NCBI GenBank assembly: GCA_937867135.1 | Contig: CALMKK010000222.1 | Coordinates: 1 to 42,496 of the forward strand | Direction: 5' to 3' | Source of the DNA: an uncultured candidate division Zixibacteria bacterium | GTDB taxonomy: Bacteria > Zixibacteria > MSB-5A5 > GN15 > PGXB01 | DNA: 42,496 nt | Shown here: piece after piece, positions 28,436 to 37,516 of the stretch | Layout of the letters: each line of letters starts with the position of its first letter | Numbering within the stretch: the first letter of the stretch is position 1 | The notes under the pieces: generated by a model | Databases searched by the model: none | Told to the model about the DNA's origin: nothing | What the model saw: the letters and a program-made list of their open reading frames with translations, nothing else | Made by a program: the position numbers and the translations under genes

Positions 28436-29302
28436 CTATTTCTTGAGTTCGGCTTCCAGGGCGGGAATCAAGGAGTCGAGTTTGAATCCTTTGGGGGTTT
28501 GATCCTTGTATTTCATATAAATGGCCAGGGCCTCTTTTTTCTTGGCGGGGTCCTTTTGTTCGGACAGGACATTGGCCAGGTTTATCCAGATCGGCACATT
28601 ATTGGGATCGATTTCAACGCTCTTGCGAAAATATGTCTCCCCGGCCGCCATATCTTTCATGCTTAAATAATTAATAGCCATGTTGGCGTAAGCTTCGGCG
28701 CTCGGCCCGAAAGTTTCCACGGCTTTAAATAGAACACGATTCGACCCTTCAAAATCCCCCAGTTGCGCGAACGTATTGGACAGATATAAATAGTAGGTTT
28801 TGTCGTTCGGATTGTCGGCGATTAACAACTGAAAATATTTGGCGGCTGTCTGCAAATCTTCGCGGCGGTAATTGAGTTCGGCCAGAAGCGGCCAGTACAT
28901 TTTCTCATTATCCCCGGTGGCGATAAGGACGGCAATGGCATTCAGGGCGCCGTTGATGTCGTTAAGTCCCGGAGCCAGATCGAGAATTTCCTTATTTATC
29001 GGGCGATCATTGGCATATAAAAGTTTGGCCCGTTTGAAATAGGAATAGGCCGAGTCATATTGCTCCACCTTCTTATAGCCGGTTCCGAGGAGGAATAGAA
29101 TATCCCGATCGGAGGGTCTGATGCGAAAGGCCAATCGCAATTGATTAATGGCCCGATTATAATCTCCCGCCCCGAGCGCCTGTTCGCCCGAGGATTTTAA
29201 AGAATCGAAATCCTTGGCCTTGTTGCCGCATCCCATCAAAGATAGAAAACCAAACAAGAAGGCCGTTATGGCTAGGGGAATTAATATTCTTTTCATATTC
29301 AT
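28436..29302 (-). CDS. Tetratricopeptide-repeat lipoprotein
   Basis: Signal MKRILIP...LMGC (lipobox) and repeated TPR-like helices (LFLLGTGY, AYANMAINY, IDPNNVPIWINLA). Start moved to ATG 29302 (or 29296). Confidence 0.8.
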   Translation of the reverse strand: MNMKRILIPLAITAFLFGFLSLMGCGNKAKDFDSLKSSGEQALGAGDYNRAINQLRLAFRIRPSDRDILFLLGTGYKKVEQYDSAYSYFKRAKLLYANDRPINKEILDLAPGLNDINGALNAIAVLIATGDNEKMYWPLLAELNYRREDLQTAAKYFQLLIADNPNDKTYYLYLSNTFAQLGDFEGSNRVLFKAVETFGPSAEAYANMAINYLSMKDMAAGETYFRKSVEIDPNNVPIWINLANVLSEQKDPAKKKEALAIYMKYKDQTPKGFKLDSLIPALEAELKK

Positions 29303-29361
29303 ATTTTTAATAATACCGATTTCCGGCTTGATTTTCAAGCGGGAATAATTCATTTTGGCCG

Positions 29362-30900
29362 GTGATGAAATATTTATTACTACTTCTGGCGTTGGTTTCC
29401 GCGATATTCGCCCCGTCGGCGGCACAAAAGGAAGCCCTTAAAATTGAAAAGGGGCCACTGTTGGTTCTCATTCGGTCTCCCCATAAGAACCTGAATAAAA
29501 TGTATCCCGGCAATTTTGCGGCTTGTCTAAAAAACCACCTTGATTATTGGCTCTGGTCCAAGGGCTGGGATTGCACCATAAGGGAAACCGGGAAAAAGCC
29601 GAAATGGAACAGCCTTCCGGATACCCTGAAAAACGGCGCCTACAAATATATTTTATACCTCGATACAAAACCGAAATTTGATTTGGTAAAGACGGCCTCC
29701 GAAAATGTAAAAGAGGGCAAAATAGAAGGGCCAAGCATACGGTTGATTTTAAAGATGCAATTGAGTCTGATCGATCCGGGAAATGGACAAATCCTGATAG
29801 ACGGCAGGCAATTTCAGGTCGAGAGTCTTAAAAATTGGATAAATGATTCGCTGGTTCCCGATTCCGCACGGCTGAGTGAACCGCCCGATTTTGCCATAAA
29901 GAGACTGCTTTCTGATGCTTTGGCCCTTTTGCCGAGTTTCCCTCGAACCGCCCTTGATTCATCGGACGGAATTCCCATACACCTGGTGGTCGATTCCCGC
30001 ATATATAATGATATCCACCATGGGGGAGACAGCAGTCTGATTACCGCTTTAGATTATGCCTCTTTTCAGTTTCGCCGCCAATTCGGGATCGGCCTTAAAA
30101 TGGTATCCAAAGATTTTTTCACCATTCCGGAGGTTTCCTTCAGCGATATTGAAAACCTCTTTCGTTCTTTCGCCAAGAAATATCCGTCTCCAGGCGATAC
30201 CTTAATGGTCGGCGTTTTTCGTCCCGACAATCCTATGGATTTTTACAGGCAGGGGCAGAATCTGCAAATCGGATCCTCGGAATTGGGCCGCAAGGCGGCT
30301 CTCGTTGCGCAATTGGAAATGCCCGACAGCAACTTTTCGGGATGGGGGGTCTTTCTGAACAGCCAGCTTTTACTTCATGAAATCGGCCATCTTCTGGGGG
30401 CGGTTCATGTTTCAGATGTCGTTTCCATAATGACGCGCCGAACCGCCTGGGTTTCATCTTTTCGATTTGACAAATTGAACAGCTTTATGATAAGGGCCGG
30501 TCTGGCCGACAAAAGCAGATTTGCCGGTGTAAACGAATATCTTGTCTCGCTTGCGGCCGCCATTGATTCCACCGGGTACCGGCTGTCCGATTATCCGGCG
30601 ATTTATTTCAGTTATATTAATTTGAATAGAAAGGAATTGATCGGGGCATCTTTTGGGAACTCGGCCTTTTCGCAATCTCTTACCTATGCGGTCGATGGGT
30701 ACAGGCAGTATCTTCTAAAAAATTCCCTGAGCGCCGGGGAGTTCTTTCATCTGGCTTTGAAGGGAGCGGGCGACCAGGGAGCGATTCATTATTATCTTTC
30801 ACGAGTGAGCGACGGGGATCAATCCCGCCGCGAATTGAAATTGGCGGCAGAGATCGGATATTTTGATGCCGTCTCCAAACTTGTGTCATTCTGGAAATAG
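29362..30900 (+). CDS. Secreted zinc metalloprotease (metzincin-like)
   Basis: Signal peptide, HEIGHLLGAVH (HExxHxxGxxH) followed by a SIM Met-turn, and a short TPR-like C-terminus. Confidence 0.78.
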   Translation: MMKYLLLLLALVSAIFAPSAAQKEALKIEKGPLLVLIRSPHKNLNKMYPGNFAACLKNHLDYWLWSKGWDCTIRETGKKPKWNSLPDTLKNGAYKYILYLDTKPKFDLVKTASENVKEGKIEGPSIRLILKMQLSLIDPGNGQILIDGRQFQVESLKNWINDSLVPDSARLSEPPDFAIKRLLSDALALLPSFPRTALDSSDGIPIHLVVDSRIYNDIHHGGDSSLITALDYASFQFRRQFGIGLKMVSKDFFTIPEVSFSDIENLFRSFAKKYPSPGDTLMVGVFRPDNPMDFYRQGQNLQIGSSELGRKAALVAQLEMPDSNFSGWGVFLNSQLLLHEIGHLLGAVHVSDVVSIMTRRTAWVSSFRFDKLNSFMIRAGLADKSRFAGVNEYLVSLAAAIDSTGYRLSDYPAIYFSYINLNRKELIGASFGNSAFSQSLTYAVDGYRQYLLKNSLSAGEFFHLALKGAGDQGAIHYYLSRVSDGDQSRRELKLAAEIGYFDAVSKLVSFWK

Positions 30901-30993
30901 CCCCCGGCTTAAATTGAAGTCATTCTTGCGCTTTTAAGATATTTGTCATAAATTCATGAAGCGGCAGGCAAATTTAAAGGAAATGGGATTATA

Positions 30994-31932
30994 ATGAAGA
31001 ATCAATCGGTTTTTTCCATTTGGATCATTTCATTTTTTATTATTGCTCATATGGCCGCTCCCTGTGCTGCGGCCGATCAAGGACAAAGTGAAACAAAAAT
31101 TCTGACCACCTTCTTCCCCTTATACTTGTTCGCCGAAAATATCACGGCCGGTATCGATGGAATTACAGTCGAAAATTTACTCCCGTCAAGTTATGGTTGC
31201 CCGCATGATTTTGCCCTGGCACCCGATGATTTGCGGAAAATTCACCAGGCGGATATTATCGTGGAAAACGGCCTGGGATTGGAAGTCTTTATGGAAGAAG
31301 CGGTTCGAACGGGCAATAACCGTGCGCTGATTGTGGTCGCCACCGAAAAGGTCAAGCCGATTAAGTTGCGGTACTATGATCCGCATGATGATACGGCCGG
31401 CGACACCCTCCTGCAATTCAATCCCCATGCCTTTGCTTCGCCCAAAGAAGCGGCCATAATGGTTGAAACCATGACCGATCGATTGGCGGAATCATTTCCT
31501 CAATATTCCGAGGCGATTCGGGCCAACGGCGCCAAGTATAAGGCGATGCTGGATTCGCTGAGCGCGGCCTTTTCCGATTCCCTCCAAAATCTCAAAAATC
31601 CGCGCGTTGTGACGGTGCATGAAGTCCTGAACTACCTGGCCCGCGATTACGGTTTTGAAATTGTCGATGTGATAGAAAGAGAACCCGGGCAGGATCCGTC
31701 GGCCAAAGAAATGGTGGCAATGGTGGCCGCTTTGAGGCGGGACAAGATTGCCGCCATCTTTTCCGAACCGCAGTATTCAACCAAAGCGGTGCAGACTATC
31801 AGTAACGAACTGCGGCTTCCGTACTTTGAAGTCGATCCTATCGCTTCCGGGCCGGATAAAAATATCCCTCTTGATTATTATCAAAAGCGGATGCACGACA
31901 ATTTGGTGATATTGATTAAAGCCATGAAATAG
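30994..31932 (+). CDS. znuA: Zn/Mn ABC transporter substrate-binding protein
   Basis: TTFFPLY, CPHDF, NGLGLE, NPHAF, VHEVLNY, IFSEPQ. Confidence 0.85.
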   Translation: MKNQSVFSIWIISFFIIAHMAAPCAAADQGQSETKILTTFFPLYLFAENITAGIDGITVENLLPSSYGCPHDFALAPDDLRKIHQADIIVENGLGLEVFMEEAVRTGNNRALIVVATEKVKPIKLRYYDPHDDTAGDTLLQFNPHAFASPKEAAIMVETMTDRLAESFPQYSEAIRANGAKYKAMLDSLSAAFSDSLQNLKNPRVVTVHEVLNYLARDYGFEIVDVIEREPGQDPSAKEMVAMVAALRRDKIAAIFSEPQYSTKAVQTISNELRLPYFEVDPIASGPDKNIPLDYYQKRMHDNLVILIKAMK

Positions 31933-31942
31933 GGACGAAATA

Positions 31943-32728
31943 GTGTCGCTTTCGGTTCATTTCCAAAACGTTTCCGTCATTATTGACGGCCGAAAAATCC
32001 TCGATGCCATTAATACCGAAATCCCGTCGGGTTCGGTCACCGCTTTGATCGGGCCCAACGGAGCGGGGAAGACAACCATGCTGAAGGTGATTCTGGGAAA
32101 GATTTCCTATCTCGGCAATGTTATATACAAATCAGATAATAAAGGGGAATTGGCGGTTCCGCGGTTTGGCTATGTTCCGCAGAGTATGGATTTTGATCGC
32201 GGGCAGCCGATGACGGTGCTTGATTTTCTGGTGATGCCGTATCAGCGAAAACCGCTCTGGCTGGGGCGACGCGGGAATTTTGTCGCAAAGGCCAAGGAAA
32301 ATCTGAAAATTGTCGAATCTTTACACTTGACCAATTATCAAGTCGGAAAACTTTCGGGGGGTGAATTGCAGCGCGTGCTATTGGCTTCGGCTCTTTGCGG
32401 CGATCCCAATCTCCTCCTTCTGGATGAACCGGTTTCCGGAATCGATATCGCCGGAGAACGGCTCTTCTGCGATCTTCTGGAATCGATTCAACATCAGCGC
32501 CGTTTTACCATGATTATTGTCAGCCATGATTTATCGGTGGTCAGCAATCATGCCGATCATGTTATCTGTCTGAATAAAAGCATGATTTGCCAGGGATCGA
32601 CCGGGGAAGTCCTGACGCCGGCGAATCTTCAGGTCGTTTTCGGTCATCACACCGAGATTGTTCGCAATCCGCATCTGGATGCCGCGGAACGACGCGGGCA
32701 GGAGGGGAAAACCGATGGACGTCTATGA
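31943..32728 (+). CDS. znuC: Zn/Mn ABC transporter ATP-binding protein
   Basis: GPNGAGKT, GYVPQ, LSGGELQRV, LLLDEP, VSHD, VICLNK. Confidence 0.9.
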   Translation: MSLSVHFQNVSVIIDGRKILDAINTEIPSGSVTALIGPNGAGKTTMLKVILGKISYLGNVIYKSDNKGELAVPRFGYVPQSMDFDRGQPMTVLDFLVMPYQRKPLWLGRRGNFVAKAKENLKIVESLHLTNYQVGKLSGGELQRVLLASALCGDPNLLLLDEPVSGIDIAGERLFCDLLESIQHQRRFTMIIVSHDLSVVSNHADHVICLNKSMICQGSTGEVLTPANLQVVFGHHTEIVRNPHLDAAERRGQEGKTDGRL

Positions 32729-33575
32729 TTTGATTTATAAATTTTTCGCTTCGATTTTCCCTTATCAATGGGCGCAATCGACCTTTATTATTCGGGCGGC
32801 CATTGGTTTGAGTCTTCTGACCGTGCTTTGCGGAGCCATGGGTATTATGGTGGTCAATTTTCGGATGGCCTTTTTTTCCGATACCATCAGTCATTCCGCC
32901 TTTACTGGTATCGCCCTGGGTTTGCTATTGGGAATCAATCCATGGTTGACACTGGTTCTTTTCGGGCTTTTGATTGGATTAGGCATAATCAGAGTTAAGC
33001 GTCACACCGAACTATCAACCGATACCGTTATCGGTGTCTTTTTTTCCACTGTCATTGCGATCGGCATTGCCATTATCAGCGCCCGGCGGGGATTGAGTCG
33101 TGATTTACAGTCCTATCTATTTGGCGATATATTAACTATCTCAGAGCCGGAATTGACGGCGATGATTCTTCTCTTTATTTTATCCGCGGTCTATATTTGG
33201 TTAACATACAATAGGTTACTTTTTGTCGGTCTTCATGAAAATCTGGCTTCTTCAAAAGGTATTAATACTACCTTTTATGAGTATTCTTTTGCGGCCCTTC
33301 TGGCGGTCGTGGTGGCTTTCAGCATTCGGGCGGTCGGGTTGCTTCTGGTTACGGCGCTTTTGATTCTTCCGGCGGCATCGGCTCGGGTTCTGGCTCGTTC
33401 GTCGGGAAAGCTCCTCTGGTGGGCAATCGTCCTGGGGGCGTTATCGGGTTTGTTGGGTCTGGTGGCGTCGCTCGCCATTGATATTGCGACCGGGGCGGCC
33501 GTTATACTCGTGGCGTCCGGTTTTTTCCTTCTCGCCAATCTCTGGCGACTTTTCGCCAAAAGCCGGCAGATTTAA
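32715..33575 (+). CDS. znuB: Zn/Mn ABC transporter permease
   Basis: RMAFFSDTISHSAF, DTVIGV, YLFGDIL, VGLLLVTALLILP. Start moved to ATG 32715 (GGAGG RBS). Confidence 0.9.
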   Translation: MDVYDLIYKFFASIFPYQWAQSTFIIRAAIGLSLLTVLCGAMGIMVVNFRMAFFSDTISHSAFTGIALGLLLGINPWLTLVLFGLLIGLGIIRVKRHTELSTDTVIGVFFSTVIAIGIAIISARRGLSRDLQSYLFGDILTISEPELTAMILLFILSAVYIWLTYNRLLFVGLHENLASSKGINTTFYEYSFAALLAVVVAFSIRAVGLLLVTALLILPAASARVLARSSGKLLWWAIVLGALSGLLGLVASLAIDIATGAAVILVASGFFLLANLWRLFAKSRQI

Positions 33576-33699
33576 TCTTCATATTTTGTTTTTTTTACTA
33601 TTGTTTCTTTTGGGCATTACTGTCCCCAATAACGTCTTTGAATCATGTGGCCGAACCAGTTTCTATTCCGCCGGGAAAGTTCAAAATTATATACGCCCC

Positions 33700-33728
33700 T
33701 TGACAAACCGGCGGAGTTATAGTAACTT
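33700..33728 (+). promoter_or_regulatory. Putative sigma70 promoter of the fadL operon with an overlapping dyad
   Basis: TTGACA (33700-33705), 17 nt, TAACTT (33723-33728). The palindrome AGTTA-TAG-TAACT (33715-33727) overlaps the -10. Confidence 0.6.
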
Positions 33729-33858
33729 TTCGAAACTTTTTTGCCGCCTGGAATATGACGGCAGAATGCGATGGAAAAAAAGAAACTTGCCGCGCAGGAA
33801 ATCAGGTTTCCGGCGGGGTAATTGGTGGGAAGATTCTTAAATACTTGATATTAGATTA

Positions 33859-35325
33859 ATGGAGATGAGAATGGGATTTTTAAGGTATTCGGTCTTTCTC
33901 TTTTTGCTCCTGATATTGTTGCTGCCCAATGTGTATGGCAGCGGTTTCACGTTTGACGGTTTAGGAGTTAAAGCGAGAGGCATGGGTGGGGCATTCCGCG
34001 CCATAGCCGATGATTGGTCCGCCGCCTATTATAACCCGGCCGGATATAATCGGATTAAGGATAATTATTTGGCCGCCAATTTGGCCATATTTCATGACCG
34101 CTATTGGGCCAAACCGAATGTTTATTGGAACGATATTTATGAGACAGGTTTTTATAATGGTCAAGACGTAGCCAATAATCACGAAATCCTGAATATCCCT
34201 CAGGGCGGAATTGTTTTTCGTCTGCCGGTTTGGGGCGAAACCGTATTTGGCTTGTCCGGACTCCAGTTATTCGATGAAAATCACCGCTGGCGGCTTTATA
34301 ATAATCTTCCCGGATATGGCCCGGCCGATTATCCGGGGACCCAATTTTATAACAATTTGGATGTAGTAGCCTTTCAGGCGACCGCCGCCCGCGGCTACAT
34401 GAATGATAAGCTCTCGATCGGTGTCGGCCTGCAATTGCTCAGGGCGGATATGACTTATTCCGATCTGGCCCTCCGTCAGAACGGCATGCCGTCTCCTTTG
34501 AGCGATCGTCCGTACGACAAAATTCCCGAAGTATATTATAATAACGGCAACGGATGGGGCTTCGGTTACCGGGCCGGTCTTCTTTATGATATAAGTGAGA
34601 AACTCAGCGCCGCCCTTGTCTATGCCGGTAAATCATCGATTAAAATTGACGGATCAAGCACCATGGATTTCTATTTGGGCGACAATCAATATCTTATTGA
34701 AAATAGGAACTACTTTCCAAATACTCAGGAATATCTATTCGCCAGCGGTAGCGTGGTTCGAATCACCGCCGATTTCAAAACCACTCTTGATGTTCCGGCG
34801 TCTGTTTCCGGCGGATTGGCCTATAAGTTAACCGGCAAATTAATAGTCGACGCCGATTTTGAATATACTTTCTGGTCGCAGTTCAAAGGCTTTGAATTTG
34901 ACTATGAGAATTATCGGGGATTAAAAGACACCAGCTTCCATTATGCCAACGACACTCTCTTTACGCAAAATCCTTCAGTGCCGATCGATTGGGACAATGC
35001 CGCCCGCTTCATGATAGGGGCGGAATATAAGGCCCTCAGTTTTATCGATCTACGAACCGGATTCGGATATGATCAGAGCCCGGTCAAAGCGGAGACATTT
35101 ATCCCTCAGTTTATAGACTTAGGCAATAAATACAGTTATAGTTTCGGACTCGGTTTTACGGTCGGTTTCTGGAATATGGATATGGCGATGACATACACTC
35201 ATCATCCCGACCTGACCGTCTCCGGTATTTCTGATGTTAACGGCGATGGCATAATGGATAATTTGCCGGGTGACTATCGCGCAAACTACTACCAGACCGT
35301 TCTGGGTATCTCATACAGGTTTTAG
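33859..35325 (+). CDS. FadL/OmpP1/TodX-family outer-membrane protein
   Basis: Signal peptide, GMGGAFRAIADDWSAAYYNPAG hatch motif, YTFWSQF, LRTGFGYDQSP and a C-terminal GISYRF beta-signal. Confidence 0.9.
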   Translation: MEMRMGFLRYSVFLFLLLILLLPNVYGSGFTFDGLGVKARGMGGAFRAIADDWSAAYYNPAGYNRIKDNYLAANLAIFHDRYWAKPNVYWNDIYETGFYNGQDVANNHEILNIPQGGIVFRLPVWGETVFGLSGLQLFDENHRWRLYNNLPGYGPADYPGTQFYNNLDVVAFQATAARGYMNDKLSIGVGLQLLRADMTYSDLALRQNGMPSPLSDRPYDKIPEVYYNNGNGWGFGYRAGLLYDISEKLSAALVYAGKSSIKIDGSSTMDFYLGDNQYLIENRNYFPNTQEYLFASGSVVRITADFKTTLDVPASVSGGLAYKLTGKLIVDADFEYTFWSQFKGFEFDYENYRGLKDTSFHYANDTLFTQNPSVPIDWDNAARFMIGAEYKALSFIDLRTGFGYDQSPVKAETFIPQFIDLGNKYSYSFGLGFTVGFWNMDMAMTYTHHPDLTVSGISDVNGDGIMDNLPGDYRANYYQTVLGISYRF

Positions 35326-35337
35326 GAGGACCGGCAT

Positions 35338-36636
35338 ATGTTAAGAAAAGCATTGTTAATTGTTGTGGTCCTTGCAATGATGACCCTGATGTTCGGCTGC
35401 ACCGATCGCGGTGTCACATCGGTTGACGATAAATACTCCCGTGGCGCCACCTATACGGACCAGCATACTTTTCCCGATCAGTTAGGGCAGTCGATGTTTA
35501 GCGGCGTCGCTCTAACCACTCTGCTCCGCTTCAGGGTATTTGTGCCCAGTATTTACGGGGGGCAGAATTCGGGAGAGCCATTGCCGGTTCTATACCTTCT
35601 TTCCCCAATGGGACAAGATGAATTTTTCTATCTTGATCATGGGCTGGAGGATGTCGCCGCTAAGTTGATCGCCGATGGCACAATTAAGCCGATGATTATT
35701 GTATGTGTTAACGGCTCTAATGGATATGGGGGTTCATTCTATGGAAGCAATCCGGCGGGCGGCAAATATGACGAATTGATTGGCGCTAAAATAGGCGATG
35801 CCATAAATGGGACATTAATTAAATATGTAGATGGATATTACAATACCGATACTCTGCGGAGCGGCCGGGCCATTTCCGGGGTGGAAATGGGAGGTTACGG
35901 CGCGATGCGCATTGCCCTAAAATATAGTCCGAATTTCAGTTCGGCCTCAGCCGTCTCGGGTCCGCTTGATTTTGACGGCGCCGATGGAACCGGCGGATTT
36001 ATCCCCCTTTTCGAGGAAGTGATTGTCAATGCCAGAAGCGCCGCACTTATAACAGCCGATTCTATTATTCATTTCCGGGACTCAGTGAGGATTGAAGATT
36101 CCATAACGATTCCTATTGATTCCGCATTCATACGGGACAGCGTTCGCAGTATGGTTTACACGAGTATTGATACGTCATATGCCAGACCTCGGCAAACCAT
36201 GTTTTTTGCCGCCGCGGCCAGTTTTTCCCCGCATGATACCGGGACAGTCGGTGACGGGATTGTAATTACCGATTCAACCACCTTCTTCAATCCCGAGGGA
36301 ATCATCAAATTGCATCTCCCGTTTGATTCGACCGGCGCTCCGTATACCCCGATCTGGAATCTCTGGCTGGCAAACAATCTTCAGAGCCTGATACCGCTGT
36401 ATCCCAATAGTCTGGATTCGGTGCCGCTGATGCTTCTGGCTTCGCCCCAGGCCGATTACGGGTTCTATCAGCAAACTGCGAGTTTCCGGACGACTCTTCA
36501 GGGATTATCGAATGTCAATGTGTCATACGAGGAATACACCGGCTATTCCGGCTATCCGGCCGATAATCATCATTTCGTCTATGATCTCTTGCCCAAAATA
36601 CTGAAATTCCACTCCGATCATTTTGAGGGTTTATAA
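35338..36636 (+). CDS. Lipoprotein with esterase (Fes/XynZ-like) alpha/beta-hydrolase fold and a non-canonical nucleophile position
   Basis: LMFGC lipobox, LPVLYLL, PMIIV, RAISGVEMGGYGAMRIAL and FSSASAVSG. AGGAGG RBS. Confidence 0.75.
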   Translation: MLRKALLIVVVLAMMTLMFGCTDRGVTSVDDKYSRGATYTDQHTFPDQLGQSMFSGVALTTLLRFRVFVPSIYGGQNSGEPLPVLYLLSPMGQDEFFYLDHGLEDVAAKLIADGTIKPMIIVCVNGSNGYGGSFYGSNPAGGKYDELIGAKIGDAINGTLIKYVDGYYNTDTLRSGRAISGVEMGGYGAMRIALKYSPNFSSASAVSGPLDFDGADGTGGFIPLFEEVIVNARSAALITADSIIHFRDSVRIEDSITIPIDSAFIRDSVRSMVYTSIDTSYARPRQTMFFAAAASFSPHDTGTVGDGIVITDSTTFFNPEGIIKLHLPFDSTGAPYTPIWNLWLANNLQSLIPLYPNSLDSVPLMLLASPQADYGFYQQTASFRTTLQGLSNVNVSYEEYTGYSGYPADNHHFVYDLLPKILKFHSDHFEGL

Positions 36637-36662
36637 TATTTAGGGCAATTTTAATTTTGCGA

Positions 36663-36693
36663 GCCGGGAACATTGAGATGTTCCCGGCCTTTT
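36663..36693 (+). terminator. Intrinsic terminator after the fadL-esterase operon
   Basis: GCCGGGAACAT-TGAG-ATGTTCCCGGC (11-bp stem) followed by CTTTT. Confidence 0.78.
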
Positions 36694-36700
36694 AATTGGT

Positions 36701-37411
36701 ATGGCAAAAATACAAAAATATGATCTGATTTCAATCGGGGCGCACCCCGATGATGTCGAAGTCGGGACCGGCGGCGTCTTGATCGATCTGAACAAAAAGA
36801 AATATAAAACCGGCATTGTCTATCTGACGGCGGGCGAGATGGGCACCGGCGGCACACCTGAGATTCGCGCCGAGGAGGCCGTTAACGCCGCGCGGGTTCT
36901 TGGGTCGGACCTGATTAACACCTACGATTGGGGAGATACCAAGCTTTTCGATAATTATGAAAGAAGGATTGAGCTGGCCGCACTTATAAGAAAATATCGG
37001 CCCGATATCATTCTCGCCCCTTATCCTCATGTCGGCCATGGCAAAAGGCAATCGCACCCGGACCATGTGGCCTGCGGGCAAATAGTCATAAATGCGGCCA
37101 ATTATGCGACTTTAAAAAAAATGCCGATTGAAGGGGAACCGCATTTCGTGAAACGGATTTTTCATTATTTCCTGCCGCCCGGTTTGAGTCCGTCGTTTGT
37201 GGTTGATATCACCGATCATTTTGAGCAGTGGATCGAGGCCCTAAAATGCCATCGGTCGCAGTTTTTAAATCCGGAAAAGTCCCGGGATTATATCTGGTCG
37301 CTGGAATCATTGGCCCGTTCTTTCGGCAGTCAAGTCGGTTGCCGCTACGGGCAGGGTTTTTATCATATTGAGCCGATGCGAATAACCGATCTTTTTGACC
37401 TGGTGAAATGA
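36701..37411 (+). CDS. bshB1: PIG-L/LmbE-family deacetylase, bacillithiol BshB1-like
   Basis: GAHPDDVE, LTAGEMGT, R-x2-EA, HPDH, VDIT and HRSQF. Confidence 0.75.
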   Translation: MAKIQKYDLISIGAHPDDVEVGTGGVLIDLNKKKYKTGIVYLTAGEMGTGGTPEIRAEEAVNAARVLGSDLINTYDWGDTKLFDNYERRIELAALIRKYRPDIILAPYPHVGHGKRQSHPDHVACGQIVINAANYATLKKMPIEGEPHFVKRIFHYFLPPGLSPSFVVDITDHFEQWIEALKCHRSQFLNPEKSRDYIWSLESLARSFGSQVGCRYGQGFYHIEPMRITDLFDLVK

Positions 37412-37516
37412 GAAAAACGAAAATCATAATGTGATTTTCCGCCTGCCTCAATTCGGATATATTACTTTAGTTTGATTTCAAAACTTGATTCAAGTTCTGA
37501 TTAGAAAGGATTTATT

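Noticed and set aside
30909-30937. Possible Zur/Fur box upstream of znuA
   Set aside because: Only a loose AT-rich dyad (TTAAA...TTTAA) with a poor match to known Zur consensus sequences.
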